Of a DNA stretch of 64,000 nt, positions 19,134-28,794 are shown piece by piece; the first letter of the stretch is position 1, and every line of letters begins with the position of its first letter. Source of the stretch: Longimicrobiales bacterium (GTDB lineage Bacteria; Gemmatimonadota; Gemmatimonadetes; Longimicrobiales; Gaopeijiaceae); contig CBDBCF010000002.1 of assembly GCA_965202985.1 (NCBI GenBank), positions 736,001-800,000 on the forward strand. The letters are read 5' to 3'. Position numbers and translations under genes: made by a program. Below the pieces are notes generated by a model. The model saw nothing but the letters and a program-made list of their open reading frames with translations, had not been told where the DNA came from and did no database searches.

Positions 19134-21155
19134 TCAACTCCGCCCTCCGGGGCTCGTTGGGCGTCCTCGCCGGCGCACCAACCGGAAGCGGAAGCGCTTG
19201 TCGGGGCGGATCGTGGGGATCGTGGAGGTGGTCAGCTCGTAGCCGGGCGGGTCCATGGCGATCTCCGCTTCGTGGAGGATCGTGGCGAAGTTCAGGACGA
19301 TCTGGGCCTCCGCGAACCCGGCGCCCAGGCAGCGGTGGGATCCCAGGCCGAAGGGGACGAAGGCGTTGCGCTGCCGGTGCTCGGCCCGGCCCGGCAGGTA
19401 GCGGTCGATGTCGAAGGTGTACGGTTCGGGGAAGAGCTCGGGCACGAAGTGGGAGACCGTGGCCGCCACGAGAAGGACGACGCCCGCCGGAACGCGGTGG
19501 CCAGCGTACTCGAAGCTGTTCGACACGTGGCGCGGCACAACCGGCACGATCGGATAACGCCGGAGCGTCTCCAGGGCCACGCGATGGATCGTCTCGAGCC
19601 TGCGCAGGCCGGCGGCCGTGGGAGGACCCTCGGCGAACAAGGCGTCGGCCTCGGCCCTCGCGCGCTCGAGCACCTCCGGGTGCTTGAAGAGCGCGTACAG
19701 CATGTAGGCGCAGCTGACGCCGACGGTGTCCAGCCCCACCAAGTAGGGCGTCATCACGCCGAACTTGAGGTCCGTCTCGGGGAAGAACACGGGCTCCGAC
19801 TCGTGAAGTTCCAGCAGCTCGTTCACCATGTCGCCGGCGTCGGCCCAGCGTCCGCCGGGCCTGTGCTCCTCGATCACTTCGGCCACCGCCGACTCGATGC
19901 GCCTGCGCACCTTCTTGAACTTGCGCGCGTAGATGAACATCGGGCGTTGCCGGGCGATCCGCGTGGCGAGAAGCGTGTCGAAGAAGAAGAGGAAGTCGTC
20001 CATGTACGCGGCGGGGCTCGAGTGCGTCAGGATCGTGCCCAGCTGCCTGGAAATGATCCGCTGCATGGCGTGGACGCCTCCCAGCGAGCGGCCGCCCCAC
20101 GAGTCGATCTCGTCGCGGACGATGTCGACCGCCGCGTCCATGTGGTTCTCGAATCGGCCGCGCGCGTAGAGCGTCGCATTGAAGCGCCGAAAGCGAACGT
20201 GCTCCGTTCCGTCCATGGCGGTGAGCACCTTGGACAGGCCCAGCTCCTGGTAGAAGCCGCTCCACGGCTCCAGCGAGCGCAGGTAGCGCTTGCCCTGCTT
20301 GTGGACCCAAGTGTTGGCCTCCTGTCCGGCCAGGATGTACACCTCGTGGCCCAGGAAGCGCACCTTGAACAGCGGCCCCAGTTCCAAGTGCTTCTCGACC
20401 AGGAAGTCGGTCAGGTTCTTGCGGGCCTCCAAAGCGCAACCCAGGATCGGAAGCCCCTTGGCGAACGGAATCGGCGCGCTTGCGGGGGCCGCCGGGGCGC
20501 GCGACGCCTCCTCAACGAGCTGGCCCACGATCCGGGCCACGGTTCGGCCGATCAGGTCCAGGCGTCGCACCCAGTCCAGGCGGTCCGCCACGTCCGCCAG
20601 CTCGTCCTTGGCCAAGATGCCGTCGAAGAAGCCGCAGGCGTCGGCCAAGCCGATGATCGCGGCGTCTCGCGGGGCCGGCACGTCGTCGCCGAACAAGACC
20701 TGCATCACTCGCAGGCGAACATCCTGCTGGACTTGGCCGTCTCCGGCCACCGGGTAGCGCCGAGCGCGCCGAACCCGCCGCGACAGCGCGATCAGACCTT
20801 CCTCAGCGGATTCGAGCACGCCCGCGTCCACCAGGCGGGCCAGCGCCGTCTCCCGGATCGCCTCGCCGTCCTTCGCCAGGATGCGCAGCCAGTGCTCGGC
20901 GTCGCGAGTCTCGCCCTTCGCGCCGCTCTCGGCGATGCGGGCCAGGAACGGGTCCAGCAGCTCGTCACCCAGCGGCTCCGGGCTCTCCAGCACGAGCTTC
21001 TCCAGGTCCGTGTCGATCCGATCCTCGAAGGCAAGGTCCACGAGCACCGCGCCCGCCAGGGCAAAGTGCAGACGGTCCTCGGACACGTCCGCCAGATCGC
21101 CGGACTGCTCGTCGAGCAGCAGAAGCAGGATCTCTTCGGCGATTCGCAGCTTCAC
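19134..21155 (-). CDS. GPP34/GOLPH3-domain-cytochrome P450 fusion protein
   Basis: aa ~1-210 are GPP34-like (AEEILLLLLD, LAGAVLVDLAFEDRI, RRYP). C-terminal P450 has I-helix VGLDTV, K-helix ETLR and heme motif FGLGSHRCLG. Confidence 0.85.
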   Translation of the reverse strand: MKLRIAEEILLLLLDEQSGDLADVSEDRLHFALAGAVLVDLAFEDRIDTDLEKLVLESPEPLGDELLDPFLARIAESGAKGETRDAEHWLRILAKDGEAIRETALARLVDAGVLESAEEGLIALSRRVRRARRYPVAGDGQVQQDVRLRVMQVLFGDDVPAPRDAAIIGLADACGFFDGILAKDELADVADRLDWVRRLDLIGRTVARIVGQLVEEASRAPAAPASAPIPFAKGLPILGCALEARKNLTDFLVEKHLELGPLFKVRFLGHEVYILAGQEANTWVHKQGKRYLRSLEPWSGFYQELGLSKVLTAMDGTEHVRFRRFNATLYARGRFENHMDAAVDIVRDEIDSWGGRSLGGVHAMQRIISRQLGTILTHSSPAAYMDDFLFFFDTLLATRIARQRPMFIYARKFKKVRRRIESAVAEVIEEHRPGGRWADAGDMVNELLELHESEPVFFPETDLKFGVMTPYLVGLDTVGVSCAYMLYALFKHPEVLERARAEADALFAEGPPTAAGLRRLETIHRVALETLRRYPIVPVVPRHVSNSFEYAGHRVPAGVVLLVAATVSHFVPELFPEPYTFDIDRYLPGRAEHRQRNAFVPFGLGSHRCLGAGFAEAQIVLNFATILHEAEIAMDPPGYELTTSTIPTIRPDKRFRFRLVRRRGRPTSPGGRS

Positions 21156-21433
21156 AGGGCCTCTGTTGCGGGGCCTTCGGGGTCCGCGGCCTCGACAACC
21201 CTGCGCAGGCCGGGAACAGCCGGATCAAGTCGCTCGATCAATCCGCGAACGCTGCAGCCAGCCACGACATGTGCTCCCGCCATGAAGTGAACCGCCATCA
21301 CGGCCTTCTCCGCCGCTTGCTGAGCCGCGAAGCAGGCCTGAGCGAAGTAGTTGCCGTCCGCTGCATAGCGGGCAAACTCGAGATCGACTTCTGCTGTTGC
21401 CAGCCAGCGCCGAGCCTCCTCTGCACCGGTCAC
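21152..21433 (-). pseudogene. C-terminally truncated HEPN-domain gene
   Basis: WL..AE.DL..A and ACFAAQQAAEKA motifs; only 93 aa, lacking the C-terminal RY motif region. Confidence 0.65.
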
Positions 21434-21449
21434 TGCACGGCCCGGGCGC

Positions 21450-22064
21450 TCATCGCGCGGCCAAGTCCGATCCCCGCACTCCCAGCACGTCAGCCACGGT
21501 TCGCAAACCGTCGATGACGTTCTGGATGTGCACGGCCCGGTCCAAGGCGATCAGCTCCAGGCCGCGCTGAACGGCGTCTCGATGAACGCCGGCCGCGAAC
21601 GCCTTGTCCTTGAGCTTCTTGACGACCGACTTGGGCTTGAGGTCGTCGATGCCGTTGGGACGGACGAGGCAACAGGCGTAGACGAGGCCGCTGAGTTCGT
21701 CGCAGGCGTAAAGCACCTTGTCCAACGGCGTCTCCGGCGCCACGTCGGAGCGGTCCGGGTAGGCGTGGGTCAGGATTGCGCGCACAACCGGTTGGGGATA
21801 GCCCAGCTCGCGCAGGCGTCGGACGCCGACGTGGGGATGCTCGTCCGGGTGCTTCTCCCAGTCCAGGTCGTGAAGGAGGCCGGCCAGTCCCCAGAGCTCC
21901 GCGTCCTCGCCCATGAGCCCGGCGTAGTGCCGGACCGCGGCCTCGACGGCATACATGTGCTTTCGAAGCGCGTCGCTCCGGACCCACTCCTCGAGGAGCG
22001 CGACGGCGTCGGAACGGGTCGGCATCGGCGTCGGCGGTCGGTTCTTCTCGGGCTCTCCGGACAT
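21450..22064 (-). CDS. HD-domain (HDIG) phosphohydrolase
   Basis: KHMYAVE, GLLHDLD, ACDELSG and KKLKDKAFAAGV motifs. Confidence 0.9.
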   Translation of the reverse strand: MSGEPEKNRPPTPMPTRSDAVALLEEWVRSDALRKHMYAVEAAVRHYAGLMGEDAELWGLAGLLHDLDWEKHPDEHPHVGVRRLRELGYPQPVVRAILTHAYPDRSDVAPETPLDKVLYACDELSGLVYACCLVRPNGIDDLKPKSVVKKLKDKAFAAGVHRDAVQRGLELIALDRAVHIQNVIDGLRTVADVLGVRGSDLAAR

Positions 22065-22127
22065 GGGCGCAATCTGCGGCTGCCCACGAGCGCAGGCAAG
22101 CCGGCCCGGCCCAGGCGCTTCGTCCGC

Positions 22128-23396
22128 CTAACGAAGCTCGGTCGGGAGCCTCCGAACCACCACGGTCGGGACGTCCAGCGCGTCCAGTTCGAGAAACGCG
22201 GCCAGACCGTCCGGCCCCAGGGCCATCGGCATCGGAAGGTCGCTCGGGTCGAAGGTTCCGACGTAGTCGCCCGTTGCCAGGAGCAGGTCCACCGGACCCG
22301 GAACATAGTCGTCCACGATGTTGGCGGACAGAAGGTGAGCGGGGTTCCGACGCTGGACCCATACCGAGCGGTCCCATCCCGCCTTGACGCCTTCCACGAC
22401 GGGCACCTCGTGGTAGTAGCTCGATTCGTCGAGCGCGTCCCCCGCTACGTTCTCCATCCACTGGTCCACGTAGGCCGGCGACAGGTCTGCTTCCTCCAGC
22501 GTGCGACGGAGCGCTTCGACGCCGGCTTCGCGATGGCGAGCCGTGACCGCCGTCGGAAAGATGGGGCGTCGCATGACGCGCACGAGATCGCCGCCCGGGT
22601 CCGTGACCTTGATCGAGTAGGCCGACGAATCGGAGTACACGATCGTTCCGTCGGGAAAGGCGTCGAAGTTCAGGTTCGGCTCGAAGTCCCCCAGTCCCCG
22701 CGTCACCGGAACGGGCGACCACGCCTGGAGGACGGTGCGCGTCGAGATGTCGTCCCCGCCGAATCCGACTCGCAGAATCGCCGCACGACCGGATTCCCCA
22801 GCGCTTCCGCGGCTCACGGCCGTCCGGTTCAGAGGGTTGACCATGAAGAGGCCGTTGCGTGCTCGATCGGGGCGCACGACCCGGGCCATGTTTCCGAATC
22901 CGGCTACCCGGCCACCCCCGCCCGCCCCGACCGTGCGCACCAGTTCACCGTCGGAGGAAAAGACCAAGTACGCGTTTTGCCCCAAGTCGAATGCGGCCAC
23001 GTGCCGATCCCCTAGAGGAGCAAAGTGAGGCAGACCGCCGAACTCTCCTGGGCCGTCGCCAGGCTCCCCGAGCTGGACGGCAGTTCGTCCGTCGTCGCGG
23101 ATCGCCAGCAAGCGAGCCGAAGAAGCCGAATTGCCGTCCAAGAGGTAGAGCGTGCAGTCGCCGCCGAACTCCGCTTTCCGCACCCTGCTGAGCAACAGGT
23201 CCGATCCGCCTACGCGGTAGACCTCATCCAGATCGAGCACCGGAAACCGGTCCGCTTCCGGCAGATCCACCACCTCCTGGGCGCCAAGAGCGCCCGCAAG
23301 CAAGACCGCCGGCAACAGCGCCAGGGCAGCCGTGGGCACTTCGTGCGCCCGACTGGGCCGGTGTTGCAGGTGGCCGTGTCGTAATCGTTTCGCCAT
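22128..23396 (-). CDS. Secreted six-bladed beta-propeller protein
   Basis: Signal-like LLPAVLLAGALGAQ; GEPGDGPGEF; C-terminal ELDALDVPTVVVRRLP. Start approximate. Confidence 0.75.
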   Translation of the reverse strand: MAKRLRHGHLQHRPSRAHEVPTAALALLPAVLLAGALGAQEVVDLPEADRFPVLDLDEVYRVGGSDLLLSRVRKAEFGGDCTLYLLDGNSASSARLLAIRDDGRTAVQLGEPGDGPGEFGGLPHFAPLGDRHVAAFDLGQNAYLVFSSDGELVRTVGAGGGGRVAGFGNMARVVRPDRARNGLFMVNPLNRTAVSRGSAGESGRAAILRVGFGGDDISTRTVLQAWSPVPVTRGLGDFEPNLNFDAFPDGTIVYSDSSAYSIKVTDPGGDLVRVMRRPIFPTAVTARHREAGVEALRRTLEEADLSPAYVDQWMENVAGDALDESSYYHEVPVVEGVKAGWDRSVWVQRRNPAHLLSANIVDDYVPGPVDLLLATGDYVGTFDPSDLPMPMALGPDGLAAFLELDALDVPTVVVRRLPTELR

Positions 23397-23442
23397 ATTT
23401 CGCCGAGATCTAATCGATTCTTCCCATCCGCAAGCGATTCTG

Positions 23443-24987
23443 ATGTCCCGGACCGCCTCGCAAGATAAACGAACGCCCCTGGGCCAAGCTTGGCTTCGGC
23501 ATGAGTTGCGACTGCCGGCGCCGCGCCCGTTCGTGGAGAGCCACCGGGTCGCATCCGGCACCCGCAGGAGGGAGGTCGACGGGCCGTGCACCCTGGAGAT
23601 GTACCCGCGCCGGTACTCGGTGGGCCGCTCGGTGGTGTCGCACATTCGGTTCGCCTTGCGTCACGAGGCGCTGGACCTCGGCGTGCTCGCAGGAGCCTTC
23701 GAGGCCATGGACGCCGGCGAGCTGGAGGACTGGGTGCGGAGGGAGCCCACGGGCGCCTTCAGCCGGCGGGCCTGGTTCCTGTACGAGACTCTGACTGGCC
23801 GCACGCTGGACTTGGAGGACGCGCGCCACGGCAACTACGCCGCAGCGCTGGACCCTCACAGGCACGTCGTGGCGAGCCGTCGCAACTCCCGGCGCCACCG
23901 CGTCGCCGACAACCTGCTGGGGGGACGGGACCTGTGCCCAACCGTCCGACGAACCGAAGCCCTGGAAGCCGCCATGGCGGACCGGGCGGACCTGCGCCTG
24001 CGACGCCTCTTGGCCGCGTGCGACCCCGCCGTGCTGGATCGCGCGGTCAACTACCTCTACACCAAGGAGAGCCGCGCCTCCTTCGCCATCGAAGGGGAGA
24101 GGCCCAGCGCCCGCCGCGCCGAACGGTTCGCCACGGCGCTCAAACGGGCATCCGACGTCGGCCCGGTGGACGAAGCGGCCCTGGCGGCCCTTCAGAACGC
24201 CATTGTGGACCCTCGCTACGCGGCTTCGGGATGGCGCAACGCGCAGACCTTCGTGGGGGGCGTGGGGACGGGCTTCCGCGATGAAGTCCACTTCGTGTGC
24301 CCTCGGCCGCGCGATGTGCGGGGCCTGATGGAGGGGTGGGCCGCGCTGCACCGCCGCGTCGTCGAAGGCGGCGTGCCGCCGGTCGTGGCCGCGGCGGCTT
24401 CGGCGTTCGCCTTCGTCTTCGCGCATCCGTTCGACGACGGCAACGGCCGAATCCACCGCTTCCTTATCCACCAAGTCCTGACGCAGACGGGCTACGTGCC
24501 GGCCGGCGCGGTGTTTCCCGTGTCGGCAGCGATCCTTCGCGACCGCCGAGGCTACGACCGCGTGCTCGAATCCTTCTCCCGGCCCCGGCTGGCCCTGACC
24601 GAATGGCGGTGGACGCCGGAGAGGAAGATGGTCGTCGAGAACGACACCGCGAACCTCTATCGGTACTTCGACGCCACGCCGTTCGCGGAGTACCTGCACG
24701 AGCGAGTGGCCGAGACGGTGCGCAAGGACATGAAGGAGGAGATCGACTTCATCGCCGTGTTCGACCGGGCCTTCGACGCCGTTCGCGCGGTCGTAGACAT
24801 GCCGGACCGCCGGGCGTTGCTGCTGGTGCGGCTGTGCATGCAGAACAACGGGGCACTGCCCCGGCGACGGCGACGATTGTTTCCCGAGCTGGCCGACGAA
24901 GAGGTCGGCGCCATGGAAGACGCCGTGCGCCGGGCGATGGACCACGCCGAGTCGGTCGATTACACCGCGCTCGACGGGCAGAGGTGA
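23443..24987 (+). CDS. Fic-domain protein (large type)
   Basis: Canonical Fic motif HPFDDGNGRIHR; upstream ESRASFAIEGE. Confidence 0.9.
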   Translation: MSRTASQDKRTPLGQAWLRHELRLPAPRPFVESHRVASGTRRREVDGPCTLEMYPRRYSVGRSVVSHIRFALRHEALDLGVLAGAFEAMDAGELEDWVRREPTGAFSRRAWFLYETLTGRTLDLEDARHGNYAAALDPHRHVVASRRNSRRHRVADNLLGGRDLCPTVRRTEALEAAMADRADLRLRRLLAACDPAVLDRAVNYLYTKESRASFAIEGERPSARRAERFATALKRASDVGPVDEAALAALQNAIVDPRYAASGWRNAQTFVGGVGTGFRDEVHFVCPRPRDVRGLMEGWAALHRRVVEGGVPPVVAAAASAFAFVFAHPFDDGNGRIHRFLIHQVLTQTGYVPAGAVFPVSAAILRDRRGYDRVLESFSRPRLALTEWRWTPERKMVVENDTANLYRYFDATPFAEYLHERVAETVRKDMKEEIDFIAVFDRAFDAVRAVVDMPDRRALLLVRLCMQNNGALPRRRRRLFPELADEEVGAMEDAVRRAMDHAESVDYTALDGQR

Positions 24988-25610
24988 GAGACCGCGCACT
25001 CGTTGCAGCGCGGGCGGCGAGCCGGACAGACCTTGCGGCCATGATAGATCAGCAAGTGGGCCAGCATCGTCCACTTGTCCGTGGGGAAGATCGCCATCAG
25101 GTCCTTCTCGATCTTGTCCGGATTCGTCTCCGCGGTGAACCCCAGCCGGTTGGACAGGCGCTTGACGTGCGTGTCCACCACCACGCCCTCGTCGACGCCG
25201 AATGCGTTGCCCAGCACGACGTTGGCGGTCTTGCGGCCGACGCCGGGAAGGGCGGCCAGTTCCTTCATCGTGCGCGGAACATCGCCGCCGTGGTCCTCCG
25301 CGACCGCCGTCGCCATGCCCACCAGGCTGCGCGCCTTGTTGCGGAAGAATCCGGTCGAGCGGATCAGCTCTTCCAGCTCCTCCCGCTCCGCGGCGGCCAG
25401 CGACGCGGGGTCCGGATACCGGCGAAAGAGGTCGGGCGTCACCATGTTCACGCGAACGTCCGTGCACTGGGCGGACAGTATGGTGGCCACCAGCAGTTCG
25501 AACGGCGAGCGGTAGTTCAGTGCGCACTTGGCGTCCGGGTACTCCTCGGCGAAGTGCTCGTAGACGCGGGCCGCGCGCTCCTTGCGGGCCTTCTTGGATT
25601 CTCTGGGCAT
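24960..25610 (-). CDS. nth: Endonuclease III
   Basis: LSAQCTD, HhH LPGVGRKTAN, VDTHV and 4Fe-4S motif CPARRPRCNECAVSHLC. Confidence 0.97.
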   Translation of the reverse strand: MPRESKKARKERAARVYEHFAEEYPDAKCALNYRSPFELLVATILSAQCTDVRVNMVTPDLFRRYPDPASLAAAEREELEELIRSTGFFRNKARSLVGMATAVAEDHGGDVPRTMKELAALPGVGRKTANVVLGNAFGVDEGVVVDTHVKRLSNRLGFTAETNPDKIEKDLMAIFPTDKWTMLAHLLIYHGRKVCPARRPRCNECAVSHLCPSSAV

Positions 25611-25689
25611 GGCATCGGACTCCGGTACTGGCGCGAGCGTCCGCTGAACAGGTCGGACCAAGCAAGCTGGCGCGGCGATTCGCCGGCGG

Positions 25690-27735
25690 TCAAGAAGGCG
25701 GAGTTCGTCGCTCGGTGCGCAAGTCCAGGGTCGCGTGGGGCTCTTCGAGGGAGATCGTGATCGCCCGCTCGGCGACCGCCACGACGTTCGCCATCAGCGG
25801 TCCTTCCTTGTGCTGCCCGGGGACCAGCGTCTCGTCGTCGTCCAGCACGGCGACCTGCAACGGCGTGTTGGTGGGCAACCAGCACGCGCGGTAGAACCCC
25901 GAGCTGTTGGTGGTGACGACTGCACCGCCCCGCCGGTCGTCCTGCTCCAGGACCGCTTTTGGAGAACGCTGGTCTCTGCTGCCGGCCAGATCCGCGAGTA
26001 CCCGCACGTCGTAGGCGTCGGACAGCACTCGCACCGTCGCGTCGGCCACGGGCCTGCCTTCGGCGTCGCGGACGTGCCCCATGAGGATGCCGTGGGGCCA
26101 CGACATCTTCCATGGAGGGACCGCATCTTGGGCAGCCGCAGGGGGGGTGGGCGGCGTCGGGGGGAGGACCGTTTCGGCGCTGGGCGGCGGAGACGGCGGT
26201 CGAGACGGCGTCGACAGCACGATCAGCACGCTCCGGGGAGAGCCCATGCCCCTGCACACGTCCTTCATCACCTCGCTGATCGCAGGCGCCTCGAACTCCA
26301 CGCGGGCCGGCTCGGCACGGTCTTCCCCGACCTCCACCTCGACCGGATCGGGCTGATACCACAGCTCGTCCAGATAGGGATGGCCGTAGGCGACTTCGTA
26401 CTCGCCCGGTTGCAGGCGCGTCAGCTCGAAGGCGCCGTCCGGACCCGTCGTCGCTTCCAGTCCCTTCCCCGGCGCGAACACGCGGGCGTCGGCCAGCCCG
26501 CCCCCCAAGCTGTCCCGCACGACGCCGGCGATGAGGAGCCCTGGGCCGGCGTCGAAGACCACGCCGTCGGGGCCGTAGACCCGCAGCACCTCGCCCCCCT
26601 GCACCGTGACGCCCTCCAGCGTCGCCGCGGGCCGCCCGGTCAGCGGATGCTCGGCAACGCCGGCCCGGAACATCCGAATGCTCCACGAGTCCACGATCCA
26701 CGTGCCGTTGGGAAGCTCCCGGAACCGAACCGAGCCCCCCGACTCCGCCGCCAGCAGCGCGGGAGGGACGCCCAGCCGCTCGTAGCGGTACTCCAGTCGG
26801 CGAAGCTTGGCCGTGCCCGGGTTCAGCCACATCGTGCCGGCGATCTCCGGGACGGACCGATCCGAGACGGGTTCGAAGGCGAGGCCGACCAGTCCGGGGG
26901 CGTCGTCCCCGCCCGCCACGACGCGGAAGCAGTGCGTGTCCAGAAACGAGTCGGCCAGCAGTGCTTCGGCGTCGGGCGCCCAGAACCAGGACCCGTCGCC
27001 CGTCACGCGCGCGTAGCCGTGGGCCGCCAGCGAGTCGATCGGGCGCGACACGTACGGCGCCTTGGCCGGCCCTTCCGCGCGGGTTCGGTCCTCCGACTCG
27101 ACCTTGCGGCCCCTCCGGTCCAGCTGCCGGACGAAGCCCAGCAGCTCGTAGTCGTACATCCCCCGGCTCTGGGTCCAGGCCGCGGCGGCCAGCGCCTTGC
27201 GGGCTTCCTCCCACACCCTGCCGACGGCCATGGCCTCCGCCGGACGCACCCGGCAACGGCGGTCCGCCTCCGCCACGACGCCTTCCAGCGAGACGGCTTC
27301 CACGGTCGCCTCGATGCGTAGCGACAGCGTGTCGGCGGCCGACAGCCGGAACCAGTCGGAGTAGGTGGTGGCGTAGCCGATCCGGTCCGCCCGAACCCGA
27401 TACTCGCCGGGCGCCGGCGCGCGGAGTTGGAAGAGGCCGCTGCCGGTGCGGGTCAGAGCTTGCGTCCAGCCTCGGCCGGACCGATCCTCCAGCACCGCCA
27501 TGGCGCCGCCAACGGCGCTGCCCGGCCCGGCTTCCACCAGCCGTCCCAGGACGACTTGCCCGGAGGAGGCGGCGGGCGTTCCGGCCAGCATCGCCAGCCA
27601 AAGTGCGGTCCGGAGATGCCGGATGCGCCTCTGCATCACGGACTTGCACGGCTTCATGGTTGCGCCCGCAACGAGCCGAAGCGCCGCGACGGCGGAGCGG
27701 GAGCGGCTCGCATTGCGTTCAGCCCTTCGGGTCAT
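25690..27735 (-). CDS. Secreted protein with carboxypeptidase-regulatory-like (beta-sandwich) domains
   Basis: Signal peptide; repeated G.V.D...G.P/V.A.V...T...G.F patterns; RIGY motif. True start probably ~27636-27657. Confidence 0.7.
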   Translation of the reverse strand: MTRRAERNASRSRSAVAALRLVAGATMKPCKSVMQRRIRHLRTALWLAMLAGTPAASSGQVVLGRLVEAGPGSAVGGAMAVLEDRSGRGWTQALTRTGSGLFQLRAPAPGEYRVRADRIGYATTYSDWFRLSAADTLSLRIEATVEAVSLEGVVAEADRRCRVRPAEAMAVGRVWEEARKALAAAAWTQSRGMYDYELLGFVRQLDRRGRKVESEDRTRAEGPAKAPYVSRPIDSLAAHGYARVTGDGSWFWAPDAEALLADSFLDTHCFRVVAGGDDAPGLVGLAFEPVSDRSVPEIAGTMWLNPGTAKLRRLEYRYERLGVPPALLAAESGGSVRFRELPNGTWIVDSWSIRMFRAGVAEHPLTGRPAATLEGVTVQGGEVLRVYGPDGVVFDAGPGLLIAGVVRDSLGGGLADARVFAPGKGLEATTGPDGAFELTRLQPGEYEVAYGHPYLDELWYQPDPVEVEVGEDRAEPARVEFEAPAISEVMKDVCRGMGSPRSVLIVLSTPSRPPSPPPSAETVLPPTPPTPPAAAQDAVPPWKMSWPHGILMGHVRDAEGRPVADATVRVLSDAYDVRVLADLAGSRDQRSPKAVLEQDDRRGGAVVTTNSSGFYRACWLPTNTPLQVAVLDDDETLVPGQHKEGPLMANVVAVAERAITISLEEPHATLDLRTERRTPPS

Positions 27736-27860
27736 CGATTCCGTCCTCGTCGGCGGCGTTCGCGAGTACGGCCCAATTGCCGGCCGTCCAAGTACTAGAT
27801 GCCATCAAGCCGCCAATCCGTTGCATCGCCTTGCCTCGGGGCAACGCCAAGGCCGCCGCG

Positions 27861-28778
27861 TTAGAGGACGACGAAGGGCAGCTTGGACGGGGCTGGCGAG
27901 GACGCCGGGGAGGACTCCGGGGGCAGCGGGGCCGGAGACGAGGTGGAAGGAGGCGAGCGCACCGGCTCGTGGGGATGCCGCGCCCATCGCTCCAGCGCCA
28001 GGGCAACGAGCTTGAGGAGCTCCGCGGGCGTGCGAAGGCCGACGAGGCCGTCCAGCTGCGCACCGGGCAGATCGGTGGAGAAATCGCCGCCGCCTTCTCT
28101 GGCGGGCTCCGTCGTCCAGGACGAAAGGGAGTCCAGCGGTTGCGGGGGTGCGGGGATCACGCCGTAGCCGGGTCTGCCCTGCCGCATCCCGGCGACGGCG
28201 GCCGCGTGGAAGGCGTAGTCCGGGTCGGCGGCCCAGAAGAAGCCGTCCACCGACTCCGGGTGCGCGGTCCCGGCTTCGTCCGCCCACACCATGTGCTGTG
28301 GCAGCTGCAGGTAGCCCGCCCGGCCCCGGAGCGCAGACTCCCAGCCGGATTTCGGCGCGGCGGCGGCGCGAACGTCGGCACCCGCCAGAAGGCTCCGCAA
28401 CGTGCTTCGTGCGACCAAGGTCACGGCAGGGGGACCGTGCGGGCGAGCCGTTCGCCACATGTGATAGGCGAAGAACAGGACCTCGCCGTGAACGCGTGGG
28501 CCTTGGGGCGCCGACGCGGACGCGGCTTCGTTGGACGCGGCTTGGTCCGGCGCGACTTCCTCTGCCGCGGTCCCGTCCGGTCCGTCGCCGTCCGGGCGCA
28601 GCTCCGCCAGGATGCCCTGGACCGCTCCCGACATCGCGAAGGCCGCCGGGTTGTGCAGGTCCGTGCCGCGCGTCCCGGCTTCGGCTTCGATCGCGGGGAA
28701 GCGCTCGTCCGCGAAGTCGGGGCCGGGAAGGAGCAGCTCGTAGGGCGTCAGTCGGGCGTAGGAGTCGTGGACCGCCAT
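27861..28778 (-). CDS. Hypothetical protein
   Basis: 305-aa ORF with ATG start 16 nt after the transporter stop, operon-like position. Confidence 0.7.
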   Translation of the reverse strand: MAVHDSYARLTPYELLLPGPDFADERFPAIEAEAGTRGTDLHNPAAFAMSGAVQGILAELRPDGDGPDGTAAEEVAPDQAASNEAASASAPQGPRVHGEVLFFAYHMWRTARPHGPPAVTLVARSTLRSLLAGADVRAAAAPKSGWESALRGRAGYLQLPQHMVWADEAGTAHPESVDGFFWAADPDYAFHAAAVAGMRQGRPGYGVIPAPPQPLDSLSSWTTEPAREGGGDFSTDLPGAQLDGLVGLRTPAELLKLVALALERWARHPHEPVRSPPSTSSPAPLPPESSPASSPAPSKLPFVVL

Positions 28779-28794
28779 CTCGGGACCGCGGCGG

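Noticed and set aside
27719..27860. Short possible coding remnant (MQRIGGLMASSTWTAGNWAVLA...)
   Set aside because: Could not be assigned to any family and has no clear RBS.
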